Source: a bacterium (GTDB lineage Bacteria; SZUA-182; DTGQ01; JAFGSM01). Taken from it: a stretch of DNA of 64,000 nt. Location: the NCBI GenBank assembly GCA_049472315.1, contig JBLIRN010000014.1, positions 1 to 64,000 of the forward strand, in the 5' to 3' direction. Below, piece after piece: positions 1 to 9,902 of the stretch. Under the pieces are notes generated by a model. It did not search any database and was not told the origin of the DNA. It saw only the letters and a list, made by a program, of their open reading frames with translations. Every line of letters starts with the position of its first letter. The stretch's first letter is position 1. Both the position numbers and the translations under genes were made by a program.

Positions 1-520
1 CGTACGTCTTGAAATAGGCCCGCACCAGGTGGTCGGAAGAGGCCTTGGAAGCGGAATAGGGGCTGTTGGGCCTGTAGGAAGTCGTCTCGGTGAAGTATCC
101 GTCGCTCCCCAGGCTTCCGAAAACCTCATCCGTGCTGATATGATGAAAGAGGTGCATGCGGTTGCTGGCCCGGGCGCATTCGAGGAGATTGAAGGTGCCG
201 ATGATGTTGGTCCGTATGAAGTCATCCGGCCGTACGATGGACCGGTCCACGTGTGACTCCGCAGCGAAGTGGCACACGGAATCGATGGCGTGTTCATCAA
301 AGACCCTTTGCAGGAGGTCCTTATCGCAGATATCCCCCTTGACGAAGGTGTACCTGGAAGGAAATCCCTCCGTGATATCGACAAGATTCTCGGGATTTCC
401 CGCGTAGGTCAGCTTGTCGATATTGAGAACATGCCCCTGAAAATTCGATTCCTCCAGCAGGTACCTGATGAAATTCGATCCGATAAAACCGCACCCGCCG
501 GTGACCAATAGGCTCTTCAT
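1..520 (-). CDS. rfbB: dTDP-glucose 4,6-dehydratase, 5' part (runs off the left window edge)
   Basis: Manual minus-strand translation from ATG at 520 (alternative 529): [20 protein letters not shown]...DKLTYAGN...[12 protein letters not shown]...[11 protein letters not shown]...[19 protein letters not shown]. Absent from the ORF track because the stop lies outside the window. Confidence 0.95.
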   Translation of the reverse strand, partial: MKSLLVTGGCGFIGSNFIRYLLEESNFQGHVLNIDKLTYAGNPENLVDITEGFPSRYTFVKGDICDKDLLQRVFDEHAIDSVCHFAAESHVDRSIVRPDDFIRTNIIGTFNLLECARASNRMHLFHHISTDEVFGSLGSDGYFTETTSYRPNSPYSASKASSDHLVRAYFKTY

Positions 521-541
521 GACATCCATGACGTTCTGACC

Positions 542-736
542 TTAGCCGTGTGTTCTATCGTGTCGACCGGAGCGCATTGCCGGCTCCGATTTTCCCGGTA
601 CACGTCGAACAACTTTATGTCCCGAGGCTTCCTGAACACGTCGAAGATCCGTGCATATCTCTGATAAATCCCCATGAAATTTTCGTGTATGTTCCTTGCG
701 ATGCCTTCGCACTTCTTCAACGATTGGATCTTTCAT
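542..736 (-). CDS. Small protein (MKDPIVEEVRRHRKEH...) of the type found directly after PIN-domain toxin genes; putative antitoxin/partner
   Basis: 64-aa ORF with a DPIVEEVR start; ATGA overlap at 733-736 with the upstream PIN fragment. Confidence 0.6.
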   Translation of the reverse strand: MKDPIVEEVRRHRKEHTRKFHGDLSEICTDLRRVQEASGHKVVRRVPGKSEPAMRSGRHDRTHG

Positions 737-900
737 TTCTCAGCCTCCAATAATTCGTCGGGTGAGCATATCTCTGGGCAAATATAACCCCCGGCTTCGA
801 CAATCCTTCTTACCTTATTGCGAGTAAAGGGATTATTGAGATGGGCAAAGTTCCATGCAACGACAACTTCAATCCCATCGACTGTTGCAATAATACAAGA
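733..900 (-). pseudogene. C-terminal remnant of a PIN-domain (VapC-like) protein
   Basis: Manual translation SCIIATVDGIEVVVAWNFAHLNNPFTRNKVRRIVEAGGYICPEICSPDELLEAEK*, with the WNxxH and ICSPxEL motifs. In-frame stop at about 922-924 and no start codon; N-terminal half missing. Confidence 0.7.
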
Positions 901-1069
901 ATAGCATATTTCCCGTTTGTTTCAAAGAGATTCGGTCAACGCAATGCGGTGAAAACATGGATACAGTCATGTTGCAGGGAGATGCCCGGTGTGAGGATAC
1001 ATTTGGCAGAAAAAATATAGCCCTTTCGGGAATGCTGCCCTTAAGCCAATAGCCTCAGCGATTGGAGAG

Positions 1070-2431
1070 CTAAAATGAGATGTGTACCATCACCTTATGA
1101 TTGGCAAAGCTCGAGAAGAGGTTATAGAGCAGGGGTCTTTTCTCGATGAAGTTCGCCAGCGAGGAGGCCGAATCCTTGTCCTGCGCCGTATCGATGAAAC
1201 AGATGTTCTTTTCTTCCGCCTGGATGGGGGTGAGGTTGGCCACCTGGGCGGGGGTGCCGATCGCCTCCACATCGGTGTCATCGGTAAACACAAAGCGGTA
1301 GTGGATGTCACTCACCCCGTCGGAATTCAGGGTGACATTCGCGTAGTAGAGCTTCCCGTTCGTGTAGTCGGTGTCGTTGAGGTCTGCAGCCCTCATGTCC
1401 ACCTGCTCCCCTGCATCATAGAAATCCCCGTCGGCGTTCAGATCGATCCAGACTTGGGTCTTTAGCGGCGCGTTGCCCAGGATATGGGTATATTGGACCT
1501 TGAAGGTCAGGTTGTTCTCGCCCACGAAGATCTCCTGTGGGTATACCGCATTCATCTTGTAGTACTGCTCCCCGGTCCAGGTGAGACTTGGCCTGATGTT
1601 CGGTTCCGCTCCGTTGTACTGAATGTCCAGCCTAGGCCGCTTGTTGGGGTCTTGGGCATTCGCTGAGTAGATCTCCACATATTCGGGTGATGAGGGTGAC
1701 GGGGGTAGATTGCCTGCGGCCGTCCTTGAGCTAATGAGAACAATTTGTGTGGCATCACCCTTTTCTATGAGATCGTTCAATGCGAATGCGTTACCTTCGT
1801 CCAATTTTATGACATATTCTTCGTCGTTATTTAGATACGATGTATTTACAGATCCATGCACCGTTGCGGCAGCAATTGCTCCCCAATCGGGATTCCACAG
1901 GGGCTCCGTCCATTTTGACTTATATACCTGGACATCAAAATTTTTTCCAATATCAATATTTTTTACCTTGCAGCAGAGTGTCAATGTGGCACCGGTTATA
2001 ACCGAGCCATACGGAATGCCTGTAGTGTCGAATGTAAGGTATCCTTTGTAGATTTCAAAACTGGATGAATAGAACTGTCCGACCTTTATACTATCTGTCT
2101 GTATTGTTGTGGTAAAAGTATTTCCTTTTCCACCAGTATCCGGCTCTCCGTCAATGGCGCTCAGCGCACCACGTTTTCCCGGGGATTTACTTGGATTGGT
2201 CACCCACTCGTATCCACGGCTGCCCCCCCCGAGCGCCCCTCTGTTTAGCTCCTTGCCATCATAGATATCATATGCACCGTAGTCACTGCCTTTTGATTTC
2301 AGTTCCCCGTCCAGGGAGCCGCTTTTGACTTTGTATGACCACTGCGCCAGAAGAGGCGCGGATGCAACAAAGAGAATGGCGATCGCTGCAATGACGATCG
2401 TTATTGTTTTTATTGCTACTGCCTTTTTCAT
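1070..2431 (-). CDS. Secreted/surface protein: signal peptide, DNRLRE-like beta-sandwich, Ig-like domain, shortened CFI-box-CTERM-like tail
   Basis: Start revised to ATG 2431 (GGGGGA RBS, MKKAVAIK...APLLA|Q). Motifs YLTFDTTGIPYGSVITGATLTL and YSANAQDPNKRPRLDIQY; DLNADGD loop; C-terminal ICFIDTA. Confidence 0.75.
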   Translation of the reverse strand: MKKAVAIKTITIVIAAIAILFVASAPLLAQWSYKVKSGSLDGELKSKGSDYGAYDIYDGKELNRGALGGGSRGYEWVTNPSKSPGKRGALSAIDGEPDTGGKGNTFTTTIQTDSIKVGQFYSSSFEIYKGYLTFDTTGIPYGSVITGATLTLCCKVKNIDIGKNFDVQVYKSKWTEPLWNPDWGAIAAATVHGSVNTSYLNNDEEYVIKLDEGNAFALNDLIEKGDATQIVLISSRTAAGNLPPSPSSPEYVEIYSANAQDPNKRPRLDIQYNGAEPNIRPSLTWTGEQYYKMNAVYPQEIFVGENNLTFKVQYTHILGNAPLKTQVWIDLNADGDFYDAGEQVDMRAADLNDTDYTNGKLYYANVTLNSDGVSDIHYRFVFTDDTDVEAIGTPAQVANLTPIQAEEKNICFIDTAQDKDSASSLANFIEKRPLLYNLFSSFANHKVMVHISF

Positions 2432-2738
2432 GTTCGTTTGTCCCCCTAAAAGAGCCAAGTTAACGGAGCCGTATCGTTTCACATTCTCGAAAATCACCCA
2501 GCGCAACCGTTTCCTAAAACCGTCCTTGAGCGCCCAGCGCGTCCGCATCAATAAACTCCCTGCGATCTCCTTCGGTCCGACAAAGAACCCTATAGACAAC
2601 TCGGGTATTACTCTTATTATCGACCTTCAGGTGAAAAACCTTCACCCACCGGTGCGAATCCACGAGTCTGCGATCCCTAAAAATCATGTTCCAGGCTGCT
2701 TCCCCCCAGATGCAGGTCCTAGGTCGCACAGCATATAA

Positions 2739-2754
2739 AGCAAAATCCAGGCCA
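2739..2754 (-). promoter_or_regulatory. Putative sigma-54 (-24/-12) promoter for the 1070..2431 gene
   Basis: Minus strand TGGCCTGGATTTTGCT = GG-N10-GC; perfect palindrome CAAGCGA-A-TCGCTTG at 2776-2790 and a very AT-rich tract at 2875-2925 lie upstream. Confidence 0.45.
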
Positions 2755-3011
2755 TTGCCTTGTCAGGGATTCATGCAAGCGAATCGCTTGAAGGGCAAGC
2801 AATTCAGAGGAAATAACATCATTTTTCATCCCTTCGTGACCGGGCAATCATGCAGAAAAGTGTCGGCCTTGATGTTAATTAAAAATAAAAATAAATAAAT
2901 AAATTCATATTTATTGAATTAATTTCCGGCTTTTTCGATGACATTGGTCGTGCTGCTTGATAAATGGACAGAGTTGTGGTATTAGGTGGTTTCTTCACGT
3001 GAATAACAAAC

Positions 3012-3953
3012 ATGCCCGCAAAGGCAAGAAAGGCGGCAATGCAAAGGCGGCTTGAACCAATCCGTAGTATCGCCATGGTGATGTTCATCGTCACGATGGT
3101 ATTTTTTGGAACACCGCTGCGCAAAATCTGCGCTGAAGAGGTGTTCTTTTTGGGGGCAGGATTCGGGGATGTCGGGATACGGAATCGGAATGAAGGGTTC
3201 CAGTCCGATTCCCATAACACGGCATACTCCACGGGTATTGGCCTTGATCTGGACAAGGAGGGGTCTCCCCTTCGACTTTCGTTTCGCTTCACCTACCTGA
3301 TTAGGGACAAGGATGATGAATCATGGGATGCCGCATCGGGCGGGATCCATCACGAGAATCAGTTGGATATCCATGGGCACACGCTGGAGGTCCATGGATA
3401 CAGAATGTCGCGAACCTGTTCGCTTGGGGAGGAGAATGCGGTGAACATCACCCCCTACCTGGGGGGAGGACTGGTGTACCGGAGGCTGAAGCTGGAGCGG
3501 GAATCCTTCCGGGGTACCGGGTTTCCGCTTTCCTTCCTCGTGGATACGGCATACTCATTGGATGATCAGTGCATTATTGCAGTCGGGGGAATGCCTGAGG
3601 CAGGGATTTCGGTGGAATTTCCGCGACACGGCATTGAATGCGTGGTGCACCTCGGATGGGCCTTTCTTGCGGCGAAGTCCGACGTCAACTATCGGGTCTC
3701 CATTGCAGGGACCGAGGATCGCAGGTATACCTTCAGGAGTGACACCTCGGGCTCCTGGTATACGGCGAATGTGCGGATCATCAAGAGCGTGGACTCACTG
3801 TCGTTGATGCTCGGCATTGCCTGGGAGAGGATGACCATCGATGACGAAACGATCCTCCTGTTTGACACCAGCAGCGATGACGTATACCTTCCCTTACCCG
3901 AGCTCGAGGTGACCCAGACGACGGCCTGGATCGGCCTCAACTACCCCTTCTGA
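3012..3953 (+). CDS. Putative outer-membrane beta-barrel protein
   Basis: Hydrophobic N-terminal segment, amphipathic strands (ITPYLGGG), C-terminal WIGLNYPF ending in Phe. Start uncertain. Confidence 0.7.
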   Translation: MPAKARKAAMQRRLEPIRSIAMVMFIVTMVFFGTPLRKICAEEVFFLGAGFGDVGIRNRNEGFQSDSHNTAYSTGIGLDLDKEGSPLRLSFRFTYLIRDKDDESWDAASGGIHHENQLDIHGHTLEVHGYRMSRTCSLGEENAVNITPYLGGGLVYRRLKLERESFRGTGFPLSFLVDTAYSLDDQCIIAVGGMPEAGISVEFPRHGIECVVHLGWAFLAAKSDVNYRVSIAGTEDRRYTFRSDTSGSWYTANVRIIKSVDSLSLMLGIAWERMTIDDETILLFDTSSDDVYLPLPELEVTQTTAWIGLNYPF

Positions 3954-3957
3954 CGGC

Positions 3958-5271
3958 TTACTCGCTGTTGTAGAGCTGCCGCTTGTCGATCACCCGTTTT
4001 GCCTTTCCGATGGTGCGCTCGATGCTCTTCGGTTCGACCAGTTTGATCCTCGCGCTTACCCCGAGGCCGGAGGATATCTCCCGGTGTATTCGTTCGATGA
4101 ATTCCTGCTGGCGCTTCATTTCATCGAAGAAGATATTCTCGGAGACCTCTACCAGGATCTCCAACTCATCCATGGCCTTTTTCCGGTCCACGATGATCTG
4201 GTAGTGAGGCTCTGTCCCTTCGATGCCCATGAGGATCTCCTCCACCTGTGAGGGGAATATATTGACCCCGCGGACGATCAGCATGTCATCGGTCCTTCCG
4301 GAGACCCGCCTCATGCGGATCTGTGTCCTGCCGCAGGGACAGGGCTCCTTGATGAATTGCGTGATGTCCCCGGTCCGATAGCGGATCAGCGGGAAGGCCT
4401 CCTTGGTGAGGGTGGTGAGCACCAGTTCCCCCTTCGCTCCGATGGGGAGCGACTTCCCCGTGGCGGGGTCGATGATTTCCGGGATGAAGTGGTCCTCGAA
4501 GATGTGCAGCCCGTCTTTTATTGCGCATTCCCCCGATACCCCCGGCCCGATCACCTCGCTCAGGCCGTAATTGTCCGTGGCGCTTATGAAGAGCTTCTCC
4601 TCGATCTGCTTGCGCATCGCCTCGGACCAGGGCTCTGATCCGAACAGGCCCAATTTCAGGGATAGGGGCTTGGGATCGATCTCCATCTCCTCCATTACCT
4701 CGGCGATATACAGGGCGTAGGATGGGGTGCACACCAGGGCCGTGGTCTTGAAGTCTTTCATGATCTGGATCTGACGCTTGGTGTTGCCGCTGGAGGCGGG
4801 AATGACCGATGCCCCGATGCGTTCGGCACCGTAGTGAAGTCCGAACCCGCCGGTGAACAGTCCATAGCCGAAGGCGATCTGGATCACGTCATCCTGGGTG
4901 ACCCCGCCGGCGGTAAGGAACCGTGCCACCAGGTCGCTCCACAGGAGGATATCGTTTCGGGTGTACCCCACCACCGTTGCCTTGCCGGTGGTACCTGACG
5001 AGGAATGGATCCTGACCACTTCCCTGAGGGGCACGGCGAACATCCCGTACGGATAGCTCTCCCTGAGATCGTTTTTTGTGGTAAAGGGAAGACGCGCCAG
5101 ATCATCCAGGGATTGGATGCTCTCCGGATCGATTGTCAACTCGTCGAATTTTTTGCGATAGAAGGCAACGTTTTTGTAGCACCGGTTTACCAGGGATTGG
5201 AGTCGCTCCAGTTGCAGTTGGGCAATGTCCTCCCTGGGCATGCATTCGTTTGCAGGATCCCAGATATTCAT
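3958..5271 (-). CDS. paaK: Phenylacetate--CoA ligase family protein (copy 1)
   Basis: [65 protein letters not shown]. Confidence 0.92.
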   Translation of the reverse strand: MNIWDPANECMPREDIAQLQLERLQSLVNRCYKNVAFYRKKFDELTIDPESIQSLDDLARLPFTTKNDLRESYPYGMFAVPLREVVRIHSSSGTTGKATVVGYTRNDILLWSDLVARFLTAGGVTQDDVIQIAFGYGLFTGGFGLHYGAERIGASVIPASSGNTKRQIQIMKDFKTTALVCTPSYALYIAEVMEEMEIDPKPLSLKLGLFGSEPWSEAMRKQIEEKLFISATDNYGLSEVIGPGVSGECAIKDGLHIFEDHFIPEIIDPATGKSLPIGAKGELVLTTLTKEAFPLIRYRTGDITQFIKEPCPCGRTQIRMRRVSGRTDDMLIVRGVNIFPSQVEEILMGIEGTEPHYQIIVDRKKAMDELEILVEVSENIFFDEMKRQQEFIERIHREISSGLGVSARIKLVEPKSIERTIGKAKRVIDKRQLYNSE

Positions 5272-5287
5272 ATCCTTGTTTCCTCCG

Positions 5288-6022
5288 TTACTCCCAGACC
5301 TCTTTATACCCCTTGCCCAGATAGGCCCTCTGTACCTCTTGGTTTTCCTTCAACAACTCGGTTGTCTCCTGAAACACGATCTTGCCCGTTTCCATGACAT
5401 AGCCTCGATCCGCAATATTGAGGGCGGCCTTTGCATTCTGTTCCACCAGGAGAATGGTGGTGCCTTCCTGTCTCAGCGCTCGTATCTTGTCGAATATCTC
5501 CTTTATCACCATCGGGGCGAGTCCCATAGACGGCTCATCCAGGAGGAGTATGGTAGGCCGCGACATGAGCGCGCGGCCGATTGCCAGCATCTGCTGTTCG
5601 CCCCCGCTCAGGGTGCCGGCCTTCTGCCGGGCCCTTTCCTTTAGAATCGGAAAAAGCGTGAATATTCCCTCCATATCGTCGTGTATCTGGGACCTGGTCT
5701 TCCTCCCGTACCGGTGGTAGGACCCCAGAAGGAGGTTGTCCATGACGGTCATGGTGGCAAAGACCTGCCGCCCCTCAGGTACCTGTGATATCCCCATGCC
5801 CACGATCTTTTCGGGGGGCAGACGGGTGATCTCCCTGTCCTCGAAGAAGATCTGGCCCTTTCGGGGATGGAGCAGTCCCGAGATGGTGTTGAGGGTGGTG
5901 GTTTTTCCAGCGCCGTTCGCACCGATCAGGGTCACAATCTCCCCCCTTTGAATGTGCATGGAGATCCCCTTCAATGCCTGTATGGCGCCGTAGTAGGTAC
6001 TGACGCTGACCAGTCTGAGCAC
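5288..6022 (-). CDS. livF: Branched-chain amino acid-type ABC transporter ATPase
   Basis: [45 protein letters not shown]. Confidence 0.93.
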   Translation of the reverse strand: MLRLVSVSTYYGAIQALKGISMHIQRGEIVTLIGANGAGKTTTLNTISGLLHPRKGQIFFEDREITRLPPEKIVGMGISQVPEGRQVFATMTVMDNLLLGSYHRYGRKTRSQIHDDMEGIFTLFPILKERARQKAGTLSGGEQQMLAIGRALMSRPTILLLDEPSMGLAPMVIKEIFDKIRALRQEGTTILLVEQNAKAALNIADRGYVMETGKIVFQETTELLKENQEVQRAYLGKGYKEVWE

Positions 6023-6024
6023 CC

Positions 6025-6789
6025 CTACACCTCCTCTCCAAGGTAGGCGCCGATGACGAGCGGATCGTTCTGTATCTCCCGGGGGCTCCCCTCGGCGATC
6101 TTTTCGCCGTAATTGAGCACCATGATATGATCGGATATGTCCATCACCAGGCTCATGTCATGTTCTACCAGGAAGATGGTGATCCCGCGGTCCCTGATCC
6201 GTTGGATGAGCGCCGCCACCCTCTGCGTCTCGTGGGTGTTGAGCCCTGCGGCAGGTTCGTCCAGAAGGAGCAGTCGTGGCTCCGTAGCCAGGGCACGGGC
6301 AATCTCGAGGACCCGCTGCTCTCCGAAGGGGAGGCTTCCTGCACCCTCCCCTGCATGCTGTTCCAGACCCACAAATGAGAGCATCTCCATGGCCTTCTCC
6401 CTGATGCCCCGTTCCTCCGCGAACACCCATGGAAGGCGGAGGGCCGAGCTGATCATGGAGCACCGCGACCGGGTGTGACGGCCCACCATGATGTTTTCCA
6501 GGACGGTCATGTTTTCAAACAGGAGGACATTCTGAAAAGTCCGGGCGATTCCCATGGATACGAGCCGGTGCGGCCTTTTCCCGTCGATGCGGGTATTGTG
6601 GAAGCTTATCTTGCCGGCGGTCAGGTGCGAAAATCCGGTGATGAGGTTGAAGATGGTGGTCTTTCCGGCGCCATTGGGACCGATCAGGGAGTGGATGCGG
6701 CCCTCGTATACATCCAGGGTCACATTGTTCACGGCGATCAGACCGCCGAACTCCTTGCGTATGTTAAATGCCGACAGTATCGGATTCAT
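6025..6789 (-). CDS. livG: Branched-chain amino acid-type ABC transporter ATPase
   Basis: GPNGAGKTT, GIARTFQN, LLLDEPAAG, LVEHDM, AYLG. Confidence 0.93.
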   Translation of the reverse strand: MNPILSAFNIRKEFGGLIAVNNVTLDVYEGRIHSLIGPNGAGKTTIFNLITGFSHLTAGKISFHNTRIDGKRPHRLVSMGIARTFQNVLLFENMTVLENIMVGRHTRSRCSMISSALRLPWVFAEERGIREKAMEMLSFVGLEQHAGEGAGSLPFGEQRVLEIARALATEPRLLLLDEPAAGLNTHETQRVAALIQRIRDRGITIFLVEHDMSLVMDISDHIMVLNYGEKIAEGSPREIQNDPLVIGAYLGEEV

Positions 6790-7741
6790 TGTTTTCCTTG
6801 AGGATCTTTCCCTTTATCCACGCGAATGCATCGATGGACCCCGAAAAGAGTCCCTTCGGCATCAGGATCATGATGATCATGAGGATGGTGCCGAATATGA
6901 GGATTTCGTAGTCGTGAAACACGTGCAGATACTCGGGCAGAATGGTAAGGATGAAGGCCCCCAGACAGGCACCCCATATATCGGACATCCCGCCGATGAC
7001 CGTCATGGTGACCAGCATGACCGACTGCATGAAGCCGAATGAGCTTGGGCTGATGAAGGTCACGAAATGGGCATACAGGCTCCCTGCAATGGAGGCAAAG
7101 GCCGCGCTTAGTACAAAGACCTGCACCTTGTAGCTCGACACATTGACCCCGGCTGCCTGGGCGGCATCCTCGCTGCCATGGATGGCGAGCAGGGCGCGCC
7201 CCACCCGGGAGTTGACGAGATTCAGGGAGAGCAGGATGGCGGCAAGCACGATGGTCCAGGTGAAACAGTAAAAGCGCAGGTCCTTCAAAGGCATGCCGAA
7301 GAGCGAGAGCCGTGGGATGTCGGTCATGCCCGAAGGGCCGCCCGTCAAGGGGATAAGCTCGTTGAACACGATGAACATGATTTCGCCGAACCCCAGTGTG
7401 GCCATGGCCAGATAGTGCCCCTTCAGCTTCAGGGAGGGCACCCCGATTATGTAGGCAATGATCGCGGTAAGGACAACGCCGCACGGCAAGGCGAGCCATG
7501 GGTTGAACCCGAACCTGGTGCACAGCGCACCGGATGTATAGGCGCCGATGCCATAGAATGCCGCATGCCCCAGCGAGATCTGGCCCGCGTGTCCCATGAG
7601 CAGGCCCAGACCGATGACAATGAGCACATTGACCCCCACCACAACCATTACGCTGATGTAATACTTGTTGCGCACCAGTATTGGAAAGAGGATGAGCCCG
7701 ATGAGCACCAGGATGAATATGATGGCGTTTCGCTTGTTCAT
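6764..7741 (-). CDS. livM: Branched-chain amino acid-type ABC transporter permease
   Basis: GQISLGHAAFYGIGAY, LKGHYLAMATLGFGEI, multiple TM segments. Confidence 0.92.
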   Translation of the reverse strand: MNKRNAIIFILVLIGLILFPILVRNKYYISVMVVVGVNVLIVIGLGLLMGHAGQISLGHAAFYGIGAYTSGALCTRFGFNPWLALPCGVVLTAIIAYIIGVPSLKLKGHYLAMATLGFGEIMFIVFNELIPLTGGPSGMTDIPRLSLFGMPLKDLRFYCFTWTIVLAAILLSLNLVNSRVGRALLAIHGSEDAAQAAGVNVSSYKVQVFVLSAAFASIAGSLYAHFVTFISPSSFGFMQSVMLVTMTVIGGMSDIWGACLGAFILTILPEYLHVFHDYEILIFGTILMIIMILMPKGLFSGSIDAFAWIKGKILKENNESDTVGI

Positions 7742-7742
7742 C

Positions 7743-8621
7743 CTACCGTAATTCCGATCTGCCCATGAGGCCGGTGGGTTTAAAAAAGAGCACCAGGAGG
7801 AGCACGATCAGGGCGATGGCATCCTTGTATCCGGAGGAGATGAATCCCGCACCCATCGATTCCATGATCCCTATGATGAAGCCTGCGATGACCGCCCCCG
7901 CGCCGCTTCCCAACCCTCCCAGGATGGCGGCGGCGAATCCCTTGATGGCGAGCATGGTGCCGCGCTGGTAGTCCATGAGCGAGATTGGGGTGATAATCAC
8001 CCCTGCAACGGCGCCGATTGCGGCGCTCAGGGCAAAGGAGAACATCACCATATGCTTGACATTGATGCCCATGAGGCTCGCTGCCTTTCGGTTGGTGGCG
8101 CAGGCGCGCATGGCCTTGCCCAGGAGCGTTTTTTCGAAGAAGACCGCAAGGCCGAAGACCACGAACAGGGTGATCCCCAGAACCCACAGGGATTGGGGGA
8201 TAATCACCGCGCCGCCCACAATGATGGGGGTTTCGCCGGAGAAGGCGGGGATGATGAAGGTGTCCTTTCCCCAGATGAGCATGGCTAGTCCCTTGAACAC
8301 GATGGAGGCTGCGATGGTGATGATGATGAGGGTGATGATGGAGGGATTGGACAGGGGATTTATTGCCAGCCGCTCGAAAAGAATCCCGACAATACCCACA
8401 ATCACGACCGTCAGAAAGAAGGCGGGGATCATGGGGATGGCGAGGCCCTTGGTGAGGGAGACCATCACCAGTCCCCCGATCATTACAAACTCGCCTTGGG
8501 CGAAATTGATGATGTCCGTTGCGTTGTAAATGATATTAAAACCCAGGCCGACCATCGCGAAGATGCTGCCGATGGTCAGCCCGGTGAAGATATACTGAAG
8601 TATCTGCGTAAAGATGAACAA
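7743..8621 (-). CDS. livH: Branched-chain amino acid-type ABC transporter permease
   Basis: INFAQGEFVM, LGKAMRA, KGFAAAILGGLG. Confidence 0.92.
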   Translation of the reverse strand: MFIFTQILQYIFTGLTIGSIFAMVGLGFNIIYNATDIINFAQGEFVMIGGLVMVSLTKGLAIPMIPAFFLTVVIVGIVGILFERLAINPLSNPSIITLIIITIAASIVFKGLAMLIWGKDTFIIPAFSGETPIIVGGAVIIPQSLWVLGITLFVVFGLAVFFEKTLLGKAMRACATNRKAASLMGINVKHMVMFSFALSAAIGAVAGVIITPISLMDYQRGTMLAIKGFAAAILGGLGSGAGAVIAGFIIGIMESMGAGFISSGYKDAIALIVLLLVLFFKPTGLMGRSELR

Positions 8622-8634
8622 TTCAGCTAACTAC

Positions 8635-9798
8635 CTAATCAGCTAACACAAATTTGCCGTCCCTGACCGTAAGTACCTCGAAGGATTCCCTGGTGAGGCC
8701 GTTATGGTCGAGGGGTGAGAAGTTGAACAGACCGGCCGTGCCCACGAAGCCCTTCATGTTTTCCAGGTAGTCCCTGATCTTTGCACGGTTGGGTCCCACC
8801 GCCTTGAGGGCCTCGATCACCATCCACATGCCGTCATAGGCGTGTCCTCCGAAGGTGCTCACCTCGCCGCCGAATTTCTTCTGGTACTCGGTTTTGTAAT
8901 CCATGAGGACCTTCTTCTGGTAGTGGTAGTCAGGGAGCTGATCGGCAACCAGGAGCCTGCCGATGGGCGAAAGGACGCCTTCAGCCGCCCCGCCTGCCTG
9001 CTCGATGTTCTTGGTGTTGCCGAAGCCGTGACTCTGGAAAAGGGGTATCGTGATCCCGAGCTGTTTGACATTCTTGGTGACGATCACCTGGGTAGGGCCG
9101 ATGGACCAGTTGACGATCGCCTGGGCGTCGGTCCCCTTGATCTTGGTGAGCTGAGCGGTCATATCGGTGTCCTTGTTGCTGTACCGCTCATCCGCCACGA
9201 TGGTGATGCCCATTCGCTTTGCCGCCTCCAGGAGCTCGGTCCTGCCGCTGTCCCCGAACCCGTCCGATACCGTGATGATGGCCACCCTGGTGATCCCCTT
9301 TTTGAGCATATACTCGAACATGGCCTCCGCACAGAACTCGTCGGACTGGGGGGTCTTGAACACCCATTTACGCTCGGCAACCGGAGAGATGATCCTTTTT
9401 GAGGCGGCGCAGGAGATATTGGGCACCTCCGCCTCCTGAACCACTGGAATGACGGCAAGGCTCGAGCCGCTCCGGGAGGGGCCGATGATGGCGAGCACCT
9501 GGTCCTTTTCGATGAGCTTCTTTGCGTTCAGGACCGACTTGGTCTCGTCCCCCTCGGTGTCATAGATGATCAATTCGATGGGATGGCCGTTGATCCCCCC
9601 TGCTGCGTTTACCTTGTCCGCGATCATCTGTGCGGTGTTCCGCTCCGGCTCCCCCAGCCATGAGGCAGGTCCGGTTACGGAAAAGATCGCACCGATCTTG
9701 TAGGGCTCCTTGGCCGCCTGACCGATCCTGCACAGACCGAAACAGAGAATGATCATACATACCGCAGCAAGCACCATTTTCCTCTTCACCACGCTCAC
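8635..9798 (-). CDS. ABC transporter substrate-binding protein, LivK/LivJ-like (copy A)
   Basis: Signal peptide; KIGAIFSVTGPASWLG, GGINGHPIEL, HAYD. Confidence 0.9.
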   Translation of the reverse strand: MSVVKRKMVLAAVCMIILCFGLCRIGQAAKEPYKIGAIFSVTGPASWLGEPERNTAQMIADKVNAAGGINGHPIELIIYDTEGDETKSVLNAKKLIEKDQVLAIIGPSRSGSSLAVIPVVQEAEVPNISCAASKRIISPVAERKWVFKTPQSDEFCAEAMFEYMLKKGITRVAIITVSDGFGDSGRTELLEAAKRMGITIVADERYSNKDTDMTAQLTKIKGTDAQAIVNWSIGPTQVIVTKNVKQLGITIPLFQSHGFGNTKNIEQAGGAAEGVLSPIGRLLVADQLPDYHYQKKVLMDYKTEYQKKFGGEVSTFGGHAYDGMWMVIEALKAVGPNRAKIRDYLENMKGFVGTAGLFNFSPLDHNGLTRESFEVLTVRDGKFVLAD

Positions 9799-9840
9799 CC
9801 TCCTCTCCTTGTGTTCCCTTTACGGGACTGTTAATGGATA

Positions 9841-9876
9841 GTGTGCGCAAGGCCCGCCGAAAGGCGGCCCGCACAC
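9841..9876 (-). other. GC-rich intercistronic hairpin between the two SBP genes (mRNA stabiliser or partial terminator)
   Basis: GTGTGCG...CCGCC-GAAA-GGCGG...CGCACAC nested inverted repeat; no U-tract. Confidence 0.5.
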
Positions 9877-9902
9877 CGGTCTTAAAAGACTATGGCCGGA
9901 AT

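Noticed and set aside
29..511. Plus-strand ORFs 29..256, 156..407 and 269..511
   Set aside because: Antisense shadows of rfbB on the minus strand.
2432..2599. N-terminal extension of the 509-aa ORF
   Set aside because: The RBS and signal peptide point to ATG 2431; the extension has no protein-like features.
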